Below, in pieces: positions 46,135-61,100 of a DNA stretch of 64,000 nt (positions are counted from its first letter, which is position 1; each line of letters opens with the position of its first letter). Origin of the DNA: Eledone cirrhosa (lineage: Eukaryota); NCBI GenBank assembly GCA_964016885.1, contig OZ024766.1, positions 1,364,001 to 1,428,000 on the forward strand, read 5' to 3'. The position numbers were made by a program, and so were the translations under genes. Below the pieces are notes generated by a model that did no database searches, was not told where the DNA came from, and worked only from the letters and a program-made list of their open reading frames with translations.

Positions 46135-49100
46135 GGCTAAAACAGCATCATAAATGACTTAATTGAAACTGAAATGGCTAAAAGAGCATCATGAATGACT
46201 AAAATGACTCTAAAATGCCTAAAAAGGCATCATAAATGAGTAAAATGGCTAAAACATCATCATAAATGACTCAAATTACTCTGAAATGGCTAAAAACGGG
46301 CATCAGAAATGACTAAAATGACTCTTAAATAACTGAAAAGGCATCATAAATGAGTAAAATGGCCAAAAAGTCATCATAAATGACTCAAATGACTCTGAAA
46401 TGACTAAAACAGCATCATAAATAACTAAATTGAGTCTGAAATGGCTAAAAAAGTATCATAAATGAGTAAAATGGCTAAAACGTCATCATAAATGACTAAA
46501 ATGACTCTGAAATGGCTAAAACAGCATCATAAATGACTTAATTGACTCTAAAATGGCTAAGACAGCATCATAAATGACTAAAATGACTCTAAAATGCCTA
46601 AAAAGGCATCATAAATGAGTAAAATGGCTAAAACATCATCATAAATGACTCAAATTACTCTGAAATGGTTAAAACGGCATCATAAATGACTAAATTGACT
46701 GTGAAATGGCTAAAACAGCATCATAAATGACTAAAATGACTCTTAAATAACGAAAACCGCATCATAAATGAGTAAAATGGCTACAAAATCATCATAAATG
46801 ACTAAAATTACTCTGAAATGGCTAAAACAGCATCATAAATGACTTAATTGACTCTGAAATGGCTAAGACAGCATCATAAATGACTAAAATGACTCTAAAA
46901 TGCCTAAAAGGCATCATAAATGAGTAAAATGGCTAAAACATCATCATAAATGACTCAAATTACTCTGAAATGGTTAAAACGGCATCATAAATGACTAAAT
47001 TGACTCTGAAATGGCTAAAACAGCATCATAAATGACTAAAATGACTGTTAAATAACGAAAACGGCATCATAAATGAGTAAAATGGCTACAAAATCATCAT
47101 AAATGACTCAAATTACTCTGAAATGGCTAAAACGGCATCAGAAATGACTAAAATGACTCTAAAATGCCTAAAAGGCATCATAAATGAGTAAAATGGCTAA
47201 AACATCATCATAAATGACTCAAATTACTCTGAAATGGCTAAAACGGCATCAGAAATGACTAAAATGACTCTTCAATAACTGAAAAGGCATCATAAATGAG
47301 TAAAATGGCCAAAACGTCATCATAAATGACTCAAATGACTCTGAAATGGCTAAAACAGCATCATAAATGACTAAATTGACTCTGAAATGGCTAAAAAAGT
47401 ATCATAAATGAGTAAAATGGCTAAAACATCATCATAAATGACTCAAATTACTCTGAAATGGCTAAAACGGCATCAGAAATGACTAAAATGACTCTTAAAT
47501 AACTGAAAAGGCATCATAAATGAGTAAAATGGCTAAAACGTCATCATAAATGACTAAAACGTCACCATAAAGGACTAAAATGTCTAAAACGTCATCATAC
47601 GTGTCTAAAATGGCTTAAACGTCGTCATAAATTACTAAAACGTCATCATACATGACTAAAATGACTCTACAATGGCTAAAACGGCATCATAGATGACTAA
47701 ATTAACTCTGAAATGGCTTAAAAAGTATCATAAATGAGTAAAATGGCTAAAACGTCATCATAAATGACTAAAATGACTCTGAAATGGCTAAAACAGCATC
47801 ATAAATGACTTAATTGACTCTGAAATGGCTAAGACAGCATCATAAATGACTGAAATGACTCTAAAATGCCTAAAAAGGCATCATAAATGAGTAAAATGGC
47901 TAAAACATCATCATAAATGACTCAAATTACTCTGAAATGGTTAAAACGGCATCATAAATGACTAAATTGACTCTGAAATGGCTAAAACAGCATTATAAAT
48001 GACTAAAATGACTCTTAAATAACGAAAACGGCATTATAAATGAGTAAAATGGCTACAACATCATCATAAATGACTCAAATTACTCTGAAATGGCTAAAAC
48101 GGCATCAGAAATGACTAAAACGACTCTAAAATGCCTAAAAAGGCATCATAAATGAGTAAAATGGCTAAAACATCATCATAAATGACTCTAAACACTCTGA
48201 AATGGCTAAAACGGCATCAGAAACGACTAAAATGCCTCTTAAATAACTGAAAAGGCATCATAAATGAGTAAAATGGCTAAAACGTCATCATAAATGACTA
48301 AAACGTCACCATATGTGACTAAAATGTCTAAAACGTCATCATAAGTGTCTAAAAATGGCTTAAACGTAGTCATAAATTACTAAAATGTCATCATACATGA
48401 CTAAAATGACTCTACAATGGCTAAAACGACATCATAGATGACTAAAATGACTCTAAAATGCCTAAAAAGGCATCATAAATGATTTAAAAGGCTAAAACAT
48501 CATCATAAATGACTCAAATTACTCTGAAATGGCTAAAACGGCATCATAAATGACTAAATTGACTCTAAAATGGCTTATAAAGTATCATAAATGAGTAAAA
48601 TGGCTAAAACGTCATCATAAATGACTAAAATGACTCTGAAATGGCTAAAACAGCATCATAAATGACTTAATTGAATCTGAAATGGCTAAAACAGCATCAT
48701 GAATGACTAAAATGACTCTAAAATGCCTAAAAAGGCATCATAAATGAGTAAAATGGCTAAAACATCATCATAAATGACTCAAATTACTCTGAAATGGCTA
48801 AAACGGCATCAGAAATGACTAAAATGACTCTTAAATAACTGAAAAGGCATCATAAATGAGTAAAATGGCCAAAACGTCATCATAAATGACTCAAATGACT
48901 CTGAAATGGCTAAAACAGCATCATAAATGACTAAATTGAGTCTGAAATGGCTAAAAAAGTATCATAAATGAGTAAAATGGCTAAAACGTCATCATAAATG
49001 ACTAAAATGACTCTGAAATGGCTAAAACAGCATCATAAATGACTTAATTGACTCTGAAATGGCTAAAACAGCATCATAAATGACTAAAATGACTCTAAAA

Positions 49101-52100
49101 TGCCTAAAAAGGCATCATAAATGAGTAAGATGGCTAAAACATGATCATAAATGACTCAAATTACTCTGAAATGGCTAAAACGGCATCATAAATGACTAAA
49201 TTGATTCTGAAATGGCTAAAAAAGTATCATAAATGAGTAAAATGGCTAAAACGTCATCATAAGTGTCTAAAATGGCCTAAACGTCGTCATAAATGACTAA
49301 AACGTCATCATACATGACTAAAATTACTCTAAAATTCCTAAAAAGGCATCATAAATGAGTAAAATGGCTAAAATATCATCATAAATGACTCAAATTACTC
49401 TGAAATGGCTAAAACGGCATCAGAAATGACTAAAATGACTCTTAAATAACTGAAAAGGCATCATAAATGAGTAAAATGGCTAAAACATGATAATAAATGA
49501 CTCAAATTACTCTGAAATGGCTAAAACGGCATCAGAAATGACTAAAACGACTCTAAAATGCCTAAAAAGGCATCATAAATGAGTAAAATGGCTAAAACAT
49601 CATCATAAATGACTCTAAACACTCTGAAATGGCTAAAACGGCATCAGAAACGACTAAAATGCCTCTTAAATAACTGAAAAGGCATCATAAATGAGTAAAA
49701 TGGCTAAAACGTCATCATAAATGACTAAAACGTCACCATATGTGACTAAAATGTCTAAAACGTCATCATAAGTGTCTAAAATGGCTTAAACGTAGTCATA
49801 AATTACTAAAATGTCATCATACATGACTAAAATGACTCTACAATGGCTAAAACGACATCATAGATGACTAAAATGACTCTAAAATGCCTAAAAAGGCATC
49901 ATAAATGATTTAAAAGGCTAAAACATCATCATAAATGACTCAAATTACTCTGAAATGGCTAAAACGGCATCATAAATGACTAAATTGACTCTAAAATGGC
50001 TTATAAAGTATCATAAATGAGTAAAATGGCTAAAACGTCATCATAAATGACTAAAATGACTCTGAAATGGCTAAAACAGCATCATAAATGACTTAATTGA
50101 ATCTGAAATGGCTAAAACAGCATCATGAATGACTAAAATGACTCTAAAATGCCTAAAAAGGCATCATAAATGAGTAAAATGGCTAAAACATCATCATAAA
50201 TGACTCAAATTACTCTGAAATGGCTAAAACGGCATCAGAAATGACTAAAATGACTCTTAAATAACTGAAAAGGCATCATAAATGAGTAAAATGGCCAAAA
50301 CGTCATCATAAATGACTCAAATGACTCTGAAATGGCTAAAACAGCATCATAAATGACTAAATTGAGTCTGAAATGGCTAAAAAAGTATCATAAATGAGTA
50401 AAATGGCTAAAACGTCATCATAAATGACTAAAATGACTCTGAAATGGCTAAAACAGCATCATAAATGACTTAATTGACTCTGAAATGGCTAAAACAGCAT
50501 CATAAATGACTAAAATGACTCTAAAATGCCTAAAAAGGCATCATAAATGAGTAAGATGGCTAAAACATGATCATAAATGACTCAAATTCCTCTGAAATGG
50601 CTAAAACGGCATCATAAATGACTAAATTGATTCTGAAATGGCTAAAAAAGTATCATAAATGAGTAAAATGGCTAAAACGTCATCATAAGTGTCTAAAATG
50701 GCCTAAACGTCGTCATAAATGACTAAAACGTCATCATACATGACTAAAATTACTCTAAAATTCCTAAAAAGGCATCATAAATGAGTAAAATGGCTAAAAT
50801 ATCATCATAAATGACTCAAATTACTCTGAAATGGCTAAAACGGCATCAGAAATGACTAAAATGACTCTTAAATAACTGAAAAGGCATCATAAATGAGTAA
50901 AATGGCTAAAACATGATAATAAATGACTCAAATTACTCTGAAATGGCTAAAACGGCATCAGAAATGACTAAAATGTCTCTTAAATAACTGAAAAGGCATC
51001 ATAAATGAGTAAAATGGCTAAAACGTCATCATAAATGACTAAAACGTCACCATAAAGGACTAAAATGTCTAAAACGTCATCATAAGTGTCTAAAATGTCT
51101 TAAACGTCGTCATAAATTACTAAAACGTCATCATACATGACTAAAATGACTCTACAATGGCTAAAACGGCATCATAGATGACTAAATTGACTCTGAAATG
51201 GCTTAAAAAGTATCATAAATGAGTAAAATGGCTAAAACGTCATCATAAATGACTAAAATCACTCTGGAATGGCTAAAACAGCATCATAAATGACTTAATT
51301 GAATCTGAAATGGCTAAAAGAGCATCATGAATGACTAAAATGACTCTAAAATGCCTAAAAAGGCATCATAAATGAGTAAAATGGCTAAAACATCATCATA
51401 AATGACTCAAATTACTCTGAAATGGCTAAAACGGCATCAGAAATGACTAAAATGACTCTTAAATAACTGAAAAGGCATCATAAATGAGTAAAATGGCCAA
51501 AACGTCATCATAAATGACTCAAATGACTCTGAAATGACTAAAACAGCATCATAAATAACTAAATTGAGTCTGAAATGGCTAAAAAAGTATCATAAATGAG
51601 TAAAATGGCTAAAACGTCATCATAAATGACTAAAATGACTCTGAAATGGCTAAAACAGCATCATAAATGACTTAATTGACACTAAAATGGCTAAGACAGC
51701 ATCATAAATGACTAAAATGACTCTAAAATGCCTAAAAAGGCATCATAAATGAGTAAAATGGCTAAAACATCATCATAAATGACTCAAATTACTCTGAAAT
51801 GGTTAAAACGGCATCATAAATGACTAAATTGACTGTGAAATGGCTAAAACAGCATCATAAATGATTAAAATGACTCTTAAATAACGAAAACCGCATCATA
51901 AATGACTAAAATGGCTACAAAATCATCATAAATGACTAAAATTACTCTGAAATGGCTAAAACAGCATCATAAATGACTTAATTGACTCTGAAATGGCTAA
52001 GACAGCATCATAAATGACTAAAATGACTCTAAAATGCCTAAAAAGGCATCATAAATGAGTAAAATGGCTAAAACATCATCATAAATGACTCAAATTACTC

Positions 52101-55100
52101 TGAAATGGTTAAAACGGCATCATAAATGACTAAATTGACTCTGAAATGGCTAAAACAGCATCATAAATGACTAAAATGACTGTTAAATAACGAAAACGGC
52201 ATCATAAATGAGTAAAATGGCTAAAACATCATCATAAATGACTCAAATTACTCTGAAATGGCTAAAACGGCATCAGAAATGACTAAAATGACTCTTAAAT
52301 AACTGAAAAGGCATCATAAATGAGTAAAATGGCTAAAACGTCATCATAAATGACTAAAACGTCACCATAAAGGACTAAAATGTCTAAAACGTCATCATAC
52401 GTGTCTAAAATGGCTTAAACGTCGTCATAAATTACTAAAACGTCATCATACATGACTAAAATGACTCTACAATGGCTAAAACGGCATCATAGATGACTAA
52501 ATTGACTCTGAAATGGCTTAAAAAGTATCATAAATGAGTAAAATGGCTAAAACGTCATCATAAATGACTAAAATGACTCTGAAATGGCTAAAACAGCATC
52601 ATAAATGACTTAATTGACTCTGAAATGGCTAAGACAGCATCATAAATGACTGAAATGACTCTAAAATGCCTAAAAAGGCATCATAAATGAGTAAAATGGC
52701 TAAAACATCATCATAAATTACTCAAATTACTCTGAAATGGTTAAAACGGCATCATAAATGACTAAATTGACTCTGAAATGGCTAAAACAGCATTATAAAT
52801 GACTAAAATGACTCTTAAATAACGAAAACGGCATCATAAATGAGTAAAATGGCTACAACATCATCATAAATGACTCAAATTACTCTGAAATGGCTAAAAC
52901 GGCATCAGAAATGACTAAAATGACTCTAAAATGCCTAAAAAGGCATCATAAATGAGTAAAATGGCTAAAACATCATCATAAATGACTCTAAACACTCTGA
53001 AATGGCTAAAACGGCATCAGAAACGACTAAAATGCCTCTTAAATAACTGAAAAGGCATCATAAATGAGTAAAATGGCTAAAACGTCATCATAAATGACTA
53101 AAACGTCACCATATGTGACTAAAATGTCTAAAACGTCATCATAAGTGTCTAAAATGGCTTAAACGTAGTCATAAATTACTAAAATGTCATCATACATGAC
53201 TAAAATGACTCTACAATGGCTAAAACCACATCATAGATGACTAAAATGACTCTAAAATGCCTAAAAAGGCATCATAAATGATTTAAAAGGCTAAAACATC
53301 ATCATAAATGACTCAAATTACTCTGAAATGGCTAAAACGGCATCATAAATGACTAAATTGACTCTAAAATGGCTTATAAAGTATCATAAATGAGTAAAAT
53401 GGCTAAAACGTCATCATAAATGACTAAAATGACTCTGAAATGGCTAAAACAGCATCATAAATGACTTAATTGAATCTGAAATGGCTAAAACAGCATCATG
53501 AATGACTAAAATGACTCTAAAATGCCTAAAAAGGCATCATAAATGAGTAAAATGGCTAAAACATCATCATAAATGACTCAAATTACTCTGAAATGGCTAA
53601 AACGGCATCAGAAATGACTAAAATGACTCTTAAATAACTGAAAAGGCATCATAAATGAGTAAAATGGCCAAAACGTCATCATAAATGACTCAAATGACTC
53701 TGAAATGGCTAAAACAGCATCATAAATGACTAAATTGAGTCTGAAATGGCTAAAAAAGTATCATAAATGAGTAAAATGGCTAAAACGTCATCATAAATGA
53801 CTAAAATGACTCTGAAATGGCTAAAACAGCATCATAAATGACTTAATTGACTCTGAAATGGCTAAAACAGCATCATAAATGACTAAAATGACTCTAAAAT
53901 GCCTAAAAAGGCATCATAAATGAGTAAGATGGCTAAAACATGATCATAAATGACTCTAATTACTCTGAAATGGCTAAAACGGCATCATAAATGACTAAAT
54001 TGACTCTGAAATGGCTAAAAAAGTATCATAAATGAGTAAAATGGCTAAAACGTCATCATAAGTGTCTAAAATGGCCTAAACGTCGTCATAAATGACTAAA
54101 ACGTCATCATACATGACTAAAATTACTCTAAAATTCCTAAAAAGGCATCATAAATGAGTAAAATGGCTAAAATATCATCATAAATGACTCAAATTACTCT
54201 GAAATGGCTAAAACGGCATCAGAAATGACTAAAATGACTCTTAAATAACTGAAAAGGCATCATAAATGAGTAAAATGGCTAAAACATGATCATAAATGAC
54301 TCAAATTACTCTGAAATGGCTAAAAACGGCATCGGAAATGACTAAAATGTCTCTTAAATAACTGAAAAGGCATCATAAATGAGTAAAATGGCTAAAACGT
54401 CATCATAAATGACTAAAACGTCACCATAAAGGACTAAAATGTCTAAAACGTCATCATAAGTGTCTAAAATGTCTTAAACGTCGTCATAAATTACTAAAAC
54501 GTCATCATACATGACTAAAATGACTCTACAATGGCTAAAACGGCATCATAGATGACTAAATTGACTCTGAAATGGCTTAAAAAGTATCATAAATGAGTAA
54601 AATGGCTAAAACGTCATCATAAATTACTAAAATGACTCTGGAATGGCTAAAACAGCATCATAAATGACTTAATTGAATCTGAAATGGCTAAAAGAGCATC
54701 ATGAATGACTAAAATGACTCTAAAATGCCTAAAAAGGCATCATCAATGAGTAAAATGGCTAAAACATCATCATAAATGACTCAAATTACTCTGAAATGGC
54801 TAAAACGGCATCAGAAATGACTAAAATGACTCTTAAATAACTGAAAAGGCATCCTAAATGAGTAAAATGGCCAAAACGTCATCATAAATGACTCAAATGA
54901 CTCTGAAATGGCTAAAACAGCATCATAAATGACTAAATTGAGTCTGAAATGGCTAAAAAAGTATCATAAATGAGTAAAATGGCTAAAACGTCATCATAAA
55001 TGACTAAAATGACTCTGAAATGGCTAAAACGGCATCAGAAATGACTAAAATGACTCTTAAATAACTGAAAAGGCATCATAAATGAGTAAAATGGCCAAAA

Positions 55101-58100
55101 CGTCATCATAAATGACTCAAATGACTCTGAAATGGCTAAAACAGCATCATAAATGACTAAATTGACTCTGAAATGGCTAAAAAAGTATCATAAATGAGTA
55201 AAATGGCTAAAACATCATCATAAATGACTCAAATTACTCTGAAATGGCTAAAACGGCATCAGAAATGACTCAAACGTCACCATAAATGACTAAAATGTCT
55301 AAAACGTCATCATAAGTGTCTAAAATGGCCTAAACGTCGTCATAAATGACTCAAACGTCATCATACATTACTAAAATTACTCTAAAATTCCTAAAAAGGC
55401 ATCATAAATGAGTAAAATGGCTAAAATATCATCATGAATGACTCTAAACACTCTGAAATGGCTAAAACGGCATCAGAAATGACTAAAATGACTCTTAAAT
55501 AACTGAAAAGGCATCATAAATGAGTAAAATGGCTAAAACATCATCATAAATGACTCAAATTACTCTGAAATGGCTAAAACGGCATCAGAAATGACTAAAA
55601 TGTCTCTTAAATAACTGAAAAGGCATCATAAATGAGTAAAATGGCTAAAACGTCATCATAAATGACTAAAACGTCACCATAAGGGACTAAAATGTCTAAA
55701 ACGTCATCATAAGTGTCTAAAATGTCTTAAACGTCGTCATAAATTACTAAAACGTCATCATACATGACTAAAATGACTCTACAATGGCTAAAACGGCATC
55801 ATAGATGACTAAATTGACTCTGAAATGGCTTAAAAAGTATCATAAATGAGTAAAATGGCTAAAACGTCATCATAAATTACTAAAATGACTCTGGAATGGC
55901 TAAAACAGCATCATAAATGACTTAATTGAATCTGAAATGGCTAAAAGAGCATCATGAATGACTAAAATGACTCTAAAATGCCTAAAAAGGCATCATCAAT
56001 GAGTAAAATGGCTAAAACATCATCATAAATGACTCAAATTACTCTGAAATGGCTAAAACGGCATCAGAAATGACTAAAATGACTCTTAAATAACTGAAAA
56101 GGCATCCTAAATGAGTAAAATGGCCAAAACGTCATCATAAATGACTCAAATGACACTGAAATGGCTAAAACAGCATCATAAATGACTAAATTGAGTCTGA
56201 AATGGCTAAAAAAGTATCATAAATGAGTAAAATGGCTAAAACGTCATCATAAATGACTAAAATGACTCTGAAATGGCTAAAAACAGCATCATAAATGACT
56301 TAATTGACTCTAAAATGGCTAAGACAGCATCATAAATGACTAAAATGACTCTAAAATGCCTAAAAAGGCATCATGAATGAGTAAAATGGCTAAAACATCA
56401 TCATAAATGACTTAAATTACTCTGAAATGGTTAAAACGGCATCATAAATGACTAAATTGACTGTGAAATGGCTAAAACAGCATCATAAATGACTAAAATG
56501 ACTCTTAAATAACGAAAACCGCATCATAAATGAGTAAAATGGCTACAAAATCATCATAAATGACTAAAATGACTCTGAAATGGCTAAAACAGCATCATAA
56601 ATGACTTAATTGACTCTGAAATGGCTAAGACAGCATCATAATGACTAAAATGACTCTAAAATGCCTAAAAAGGCATCATAAATGAGTAAAATGGCTAAAA
56701 CATCATCATAAATGACTCAAATTACTCTGAAATGGTTAAAACGGCATCATAAATGACTAAATTGACTCTGAAATGGCTAAAACAGCATCATAAATGACTA
56801 AAATGACTGTTAAATAACGAAAACGGCATCATAAATGAGTAAAATGGCTACAAAATCATCATAAATGACTCAAATTACTCTGAAATGGCTAAAACGGCAT
56901 CAGAAATGACTAAAATGACTCTAAAATGCCTAAAAAGGCATCATAAATGAGTAAAATGGCTAAAACATCATCATAAATGACTCAAATTACTCTGAAATGG
57001 CTAAAACGGCATCAGAAATGACTAAAATGACTCTTAAATAACTGAAAAGGCATCATAAATGAGTAAAATGGCCAAAACGTCATCATAAATGACTCAAATG
57101 ACTCTGAAATGGCTAAAACAGCATCATAAATGACTAAATTGACTCTGAAATGGCTAAAAAAGTATCATAAATGAGTAAAATGGCTAAAACATCATCATAA
57201 ATGACTCAAATTACTCTGAAATGGCTAAAACGGCATCAGAAATGACTCAAACGTCACCATAAATGACTAAAATGTCTAAAACGTCATCATAAGTGTCTAA
57301 AATGGCCTAAACGTCGTCATAAATGACTCAAACGTCATCATACATTACTAAAATTACTCTAAAATTCCTAAAAAGGCATCATAAATGAGTAAAATGGCTA
57401 AAATATCATCATGAATGACTCTAAACACTCTGAAATGGCTAAAACGGCATCAGAAATGACTAAAATGACTCTTAAATAACTGAAAAGGCATCATAAATGA
57501 GTAAAATGGCTAAAACATCATCATAAATGACTCAAATTACTCTGAAATGGCTAAAACGGCATCAGAAATGACTAAAATGTCTCTTAAATAACTGAAAAGG
57601 CATCATAAATGAGTAAAATGGCTAAAACGTCATCATAAATGACTAAAACGTCACCATAAAGGACTAAAATGTCTAAAACGTCATCATACGTGTCTAAAAT
57701 GGCTTAAACGTCGTCATAAATTACTAAAACGTCATCATACATGACTAAAATGACTCTACAATGGCTAAAACGGCATCATAGATGACTAAATTGACTCTGA
57801 AATGGCTTAAAAAGTATCATAAATGAGTAAAATGGCTAAAACGTCATCATAAATGACTAAAATGACTCTGAAATGGCTAAAACAGCATCATAAATGACTT
57901 AATTGACTCTGAAATGGCTAAGACAGCATCATAAATGACTAAAATGACTCTAAAATGCCTAAAAAGGCATCATAAATGAGTAAAATGGCTAAAACATCAT
58001 CATAAATGACTCAAATTACTCTGAAATGGTTAAAACGGCATCATAAATGACTAAATTGACTCTGAAATGGCTAAAGCAGCATTATAAATGACTAAAATGA

Positions 58101-61100
58101 CTCTTAAATAACGAAAACGGCATCATAAATGAGTAAAATGGCTACAACATCATCATAAATGACTCAAATTACTCTGAAATGGCTAAAACGTCATCATAAA
58201 TGACTAAAACGTCACCATATGTGACTAAAATTTCTAAAACGTCATCATAAGTGTCTAAAATGGCTTAAACGTAGTCATAAATTACTAAAATGTCATCATA
58301 CATGACTAAAATGACTCTACAATGGCTAAAACGACATCATAGATGACTAAAATGACTCTAAAATGCCTAAAAAGGCATCATAAATGATTTAAAAGGCTAA
58401 AACATCATCATAAATGACTCAAATTACTCTCAAATGGCTAAAACGGCATCATAAATGACTAAATTGACTCTAAAATGGCTTATAAAGTATCATAAATGAG
58501 TAAAATGGCTAAAACGTCATCATAAATGACTAAAATGACTCTGAAATGGCTAAAACAGCATCATAAATGACTTAATTGAATCTGAAATGGCTAAAACAGC
58601 ATCATGAATGACTAAAATGACTCTAAAATGCCTAAAAAGGCATCATAAATGAGTAAAATGGCTAAAACATCATCATAAATGACTCAAATTACTCTGAAAT
58701 GGCTAAAACGGCATCAGAAATGACTAAAATGACTCTTAAATAACTGAAAAGGCATCATAAATGAGTAAAATGGCCAAAACGTCATCATAAATGACTCAAA
58801 TGACTCTGAGATGGCTAAAACAGCATCATAAATGACTAAATTGAGTCTGAAATGGCTAAAAAAGTATCATAAATGAGTAAAATGGCTAAAACGTCATCAT
58901 AAATGACTAAAATGACTCTGAAATGGCTAAAACAGCATCATAAATGACTTAATTGACTCTGAAATGGCTAAGACAGCATCATAAATGACTAAAATGACTC
59001 TAAAATGCCTAAAAAGGCATCATAAATGAGTAAAATGGCTAAAACATCATCATAAATGACTCAAATTACTCTGAAATGGTTAAAACGGCATCATAAATGA
59101 CTAAATTGACTCTGAAATGGCTAAAACAGCATTATAAATGACTAAAATGACTCTTAAATAACGAAAACGGCATCATAAATGAGTAAAATGGCTACAACAT
59201 CATCATAAATGACTCAAATTACTCTGAAATGGCTAAAACGGCATCAGAAATGACTAAAATGCCTCTTAAATAACTGAAAAGGCATCATAAATGAGTAAAA
59301 TGGCTAAAACGTCATCATAAATGACTAAAACGTCACCATATGTGACTAAAATGTCTAAAACGTCATCATAAGTGTCTAAAATGGCTTAAACGTAGTCATA
59401 AATTACTAAAATGTCATCATACATGACTAAAATGACTCTACAATGGCTAAAACGACATCATAGATGACTAAAATGACTCTAAAATGCCTAAAAAGGCATC
59501 ATAAATGATTTAAAAGGCTAAAACATCATCATAAATGACTCAAATTACTCTGAAATGGCTAAAACGGCATCATAAATGACTAAATTGACTCTAAAATGGC
59601 TTATAAAGTATCATAAATGAGTAAAATGGCTAAAACGTCATCATAAATGACTAAAATGACTCTGAAATGGCTAAAACAGCATCATAAATGACTTAATTGA
59701 ATCTGAAATGGCTAAAACAGCATCATGAATGACTAAAATGACTCTAAAATGCCTAAAAAGGCATCATAAATGAGTAAAATGGCTAAAACATCATCATAAA
59801 TGACTCAAATTACTCTGAAATGGCTAAAACGGCATCAGAAATGACTAAAATGACTCTTAAATAACTGAAAAGGCATCATAAATGAGTAAAATGGCCAAAA
59901 CGTCATCATAAATGACTCAAATGACACTGAAATGGCTAAAACAGCATCATAAATGACTAAATTGAGTCTGAAATGGCTAAAAAAGTATCATAAATGAGTA
60001 AAATGGCTAAAACGTCATCATAAATGACTAAAATGACTCTGAAATGGCTAAAACAGCATCATAAATGACTTAATTGACTCTAAAATGGCTAAGACAGCAT
60101 CATAAATGACTAAAATGACTCTAAAATGCCTAAAAAGGCATCATGAATGAGTAAAATGGCTAAAACATCATCATAAATGACTTAAATTACTCTGAAATGG
60201 TTAAAACGGCATCATAAATGACTAAATTGACTGTGAAATGGCTAAAACAGCATCATAAATGACTAAAATGACTCTTAAATAACGAAAACCGCATCATAAA
60301 TGAGTAAAATGGCTACAAAATCATCATAAATGACTAAAATGACTCTGAAATGGCTAAAACAGCATCATAAATGACTTAATTGACTCTGAAATGGCTAAGA
60401 CAGCATCATAAATGACTAAAATGACTCTAAAATGCCTAAAAAGGCATCATAAATGAGTAAAATGGCTAAAACATCATCATAAATGACTCAAATTACTCTG
60501 AAATGGTTAAAACGGCATCATAAATGACTAAATTGACTCTGAAATGGCTAAAACAGCATCATAAATGACTAAAATGACTGTTAAATAACGAAAACGGCAT
60601 CATAAATGAGTAAAATGGCTACAAAATCATCATAAATGACTCAAATTACTCTGAAATGGCTAAAACGGCATCAGAAATGACTAAAATGACTCTAAAATGC
60701 CTAAAAAGGCATCATAAATGAGTAAAATGGCTAAAACATCATCATAAATGACTCAAATTACTCTGAAATGGCTAAAACGGCATCAGAAATGACTAAAATG
60801 ACTCTTAAATAACTGAAAAGGCATCATAAATGAGTAAAATGGCCAAAACGTCATCATAAATGACTCAAATGACTCTGAAATGGCTAAAACAGCATCATAA
60901 ATGACTAAATTGACTCTGAAATGGCTAAAAAAGTATCATAAATGAGTAAAATGGCTAAAACATCATCATAAATGACTCAAATTACTCTGAAATGGCTAAA
61001 ACGGCATCAGAAATGACTCAAACGTCACCATAAATGACTAAAATGTCTAAAACGTCATCATAAGTGTCTAAAATGGCCTAAACGTCGTCATAAATGACTC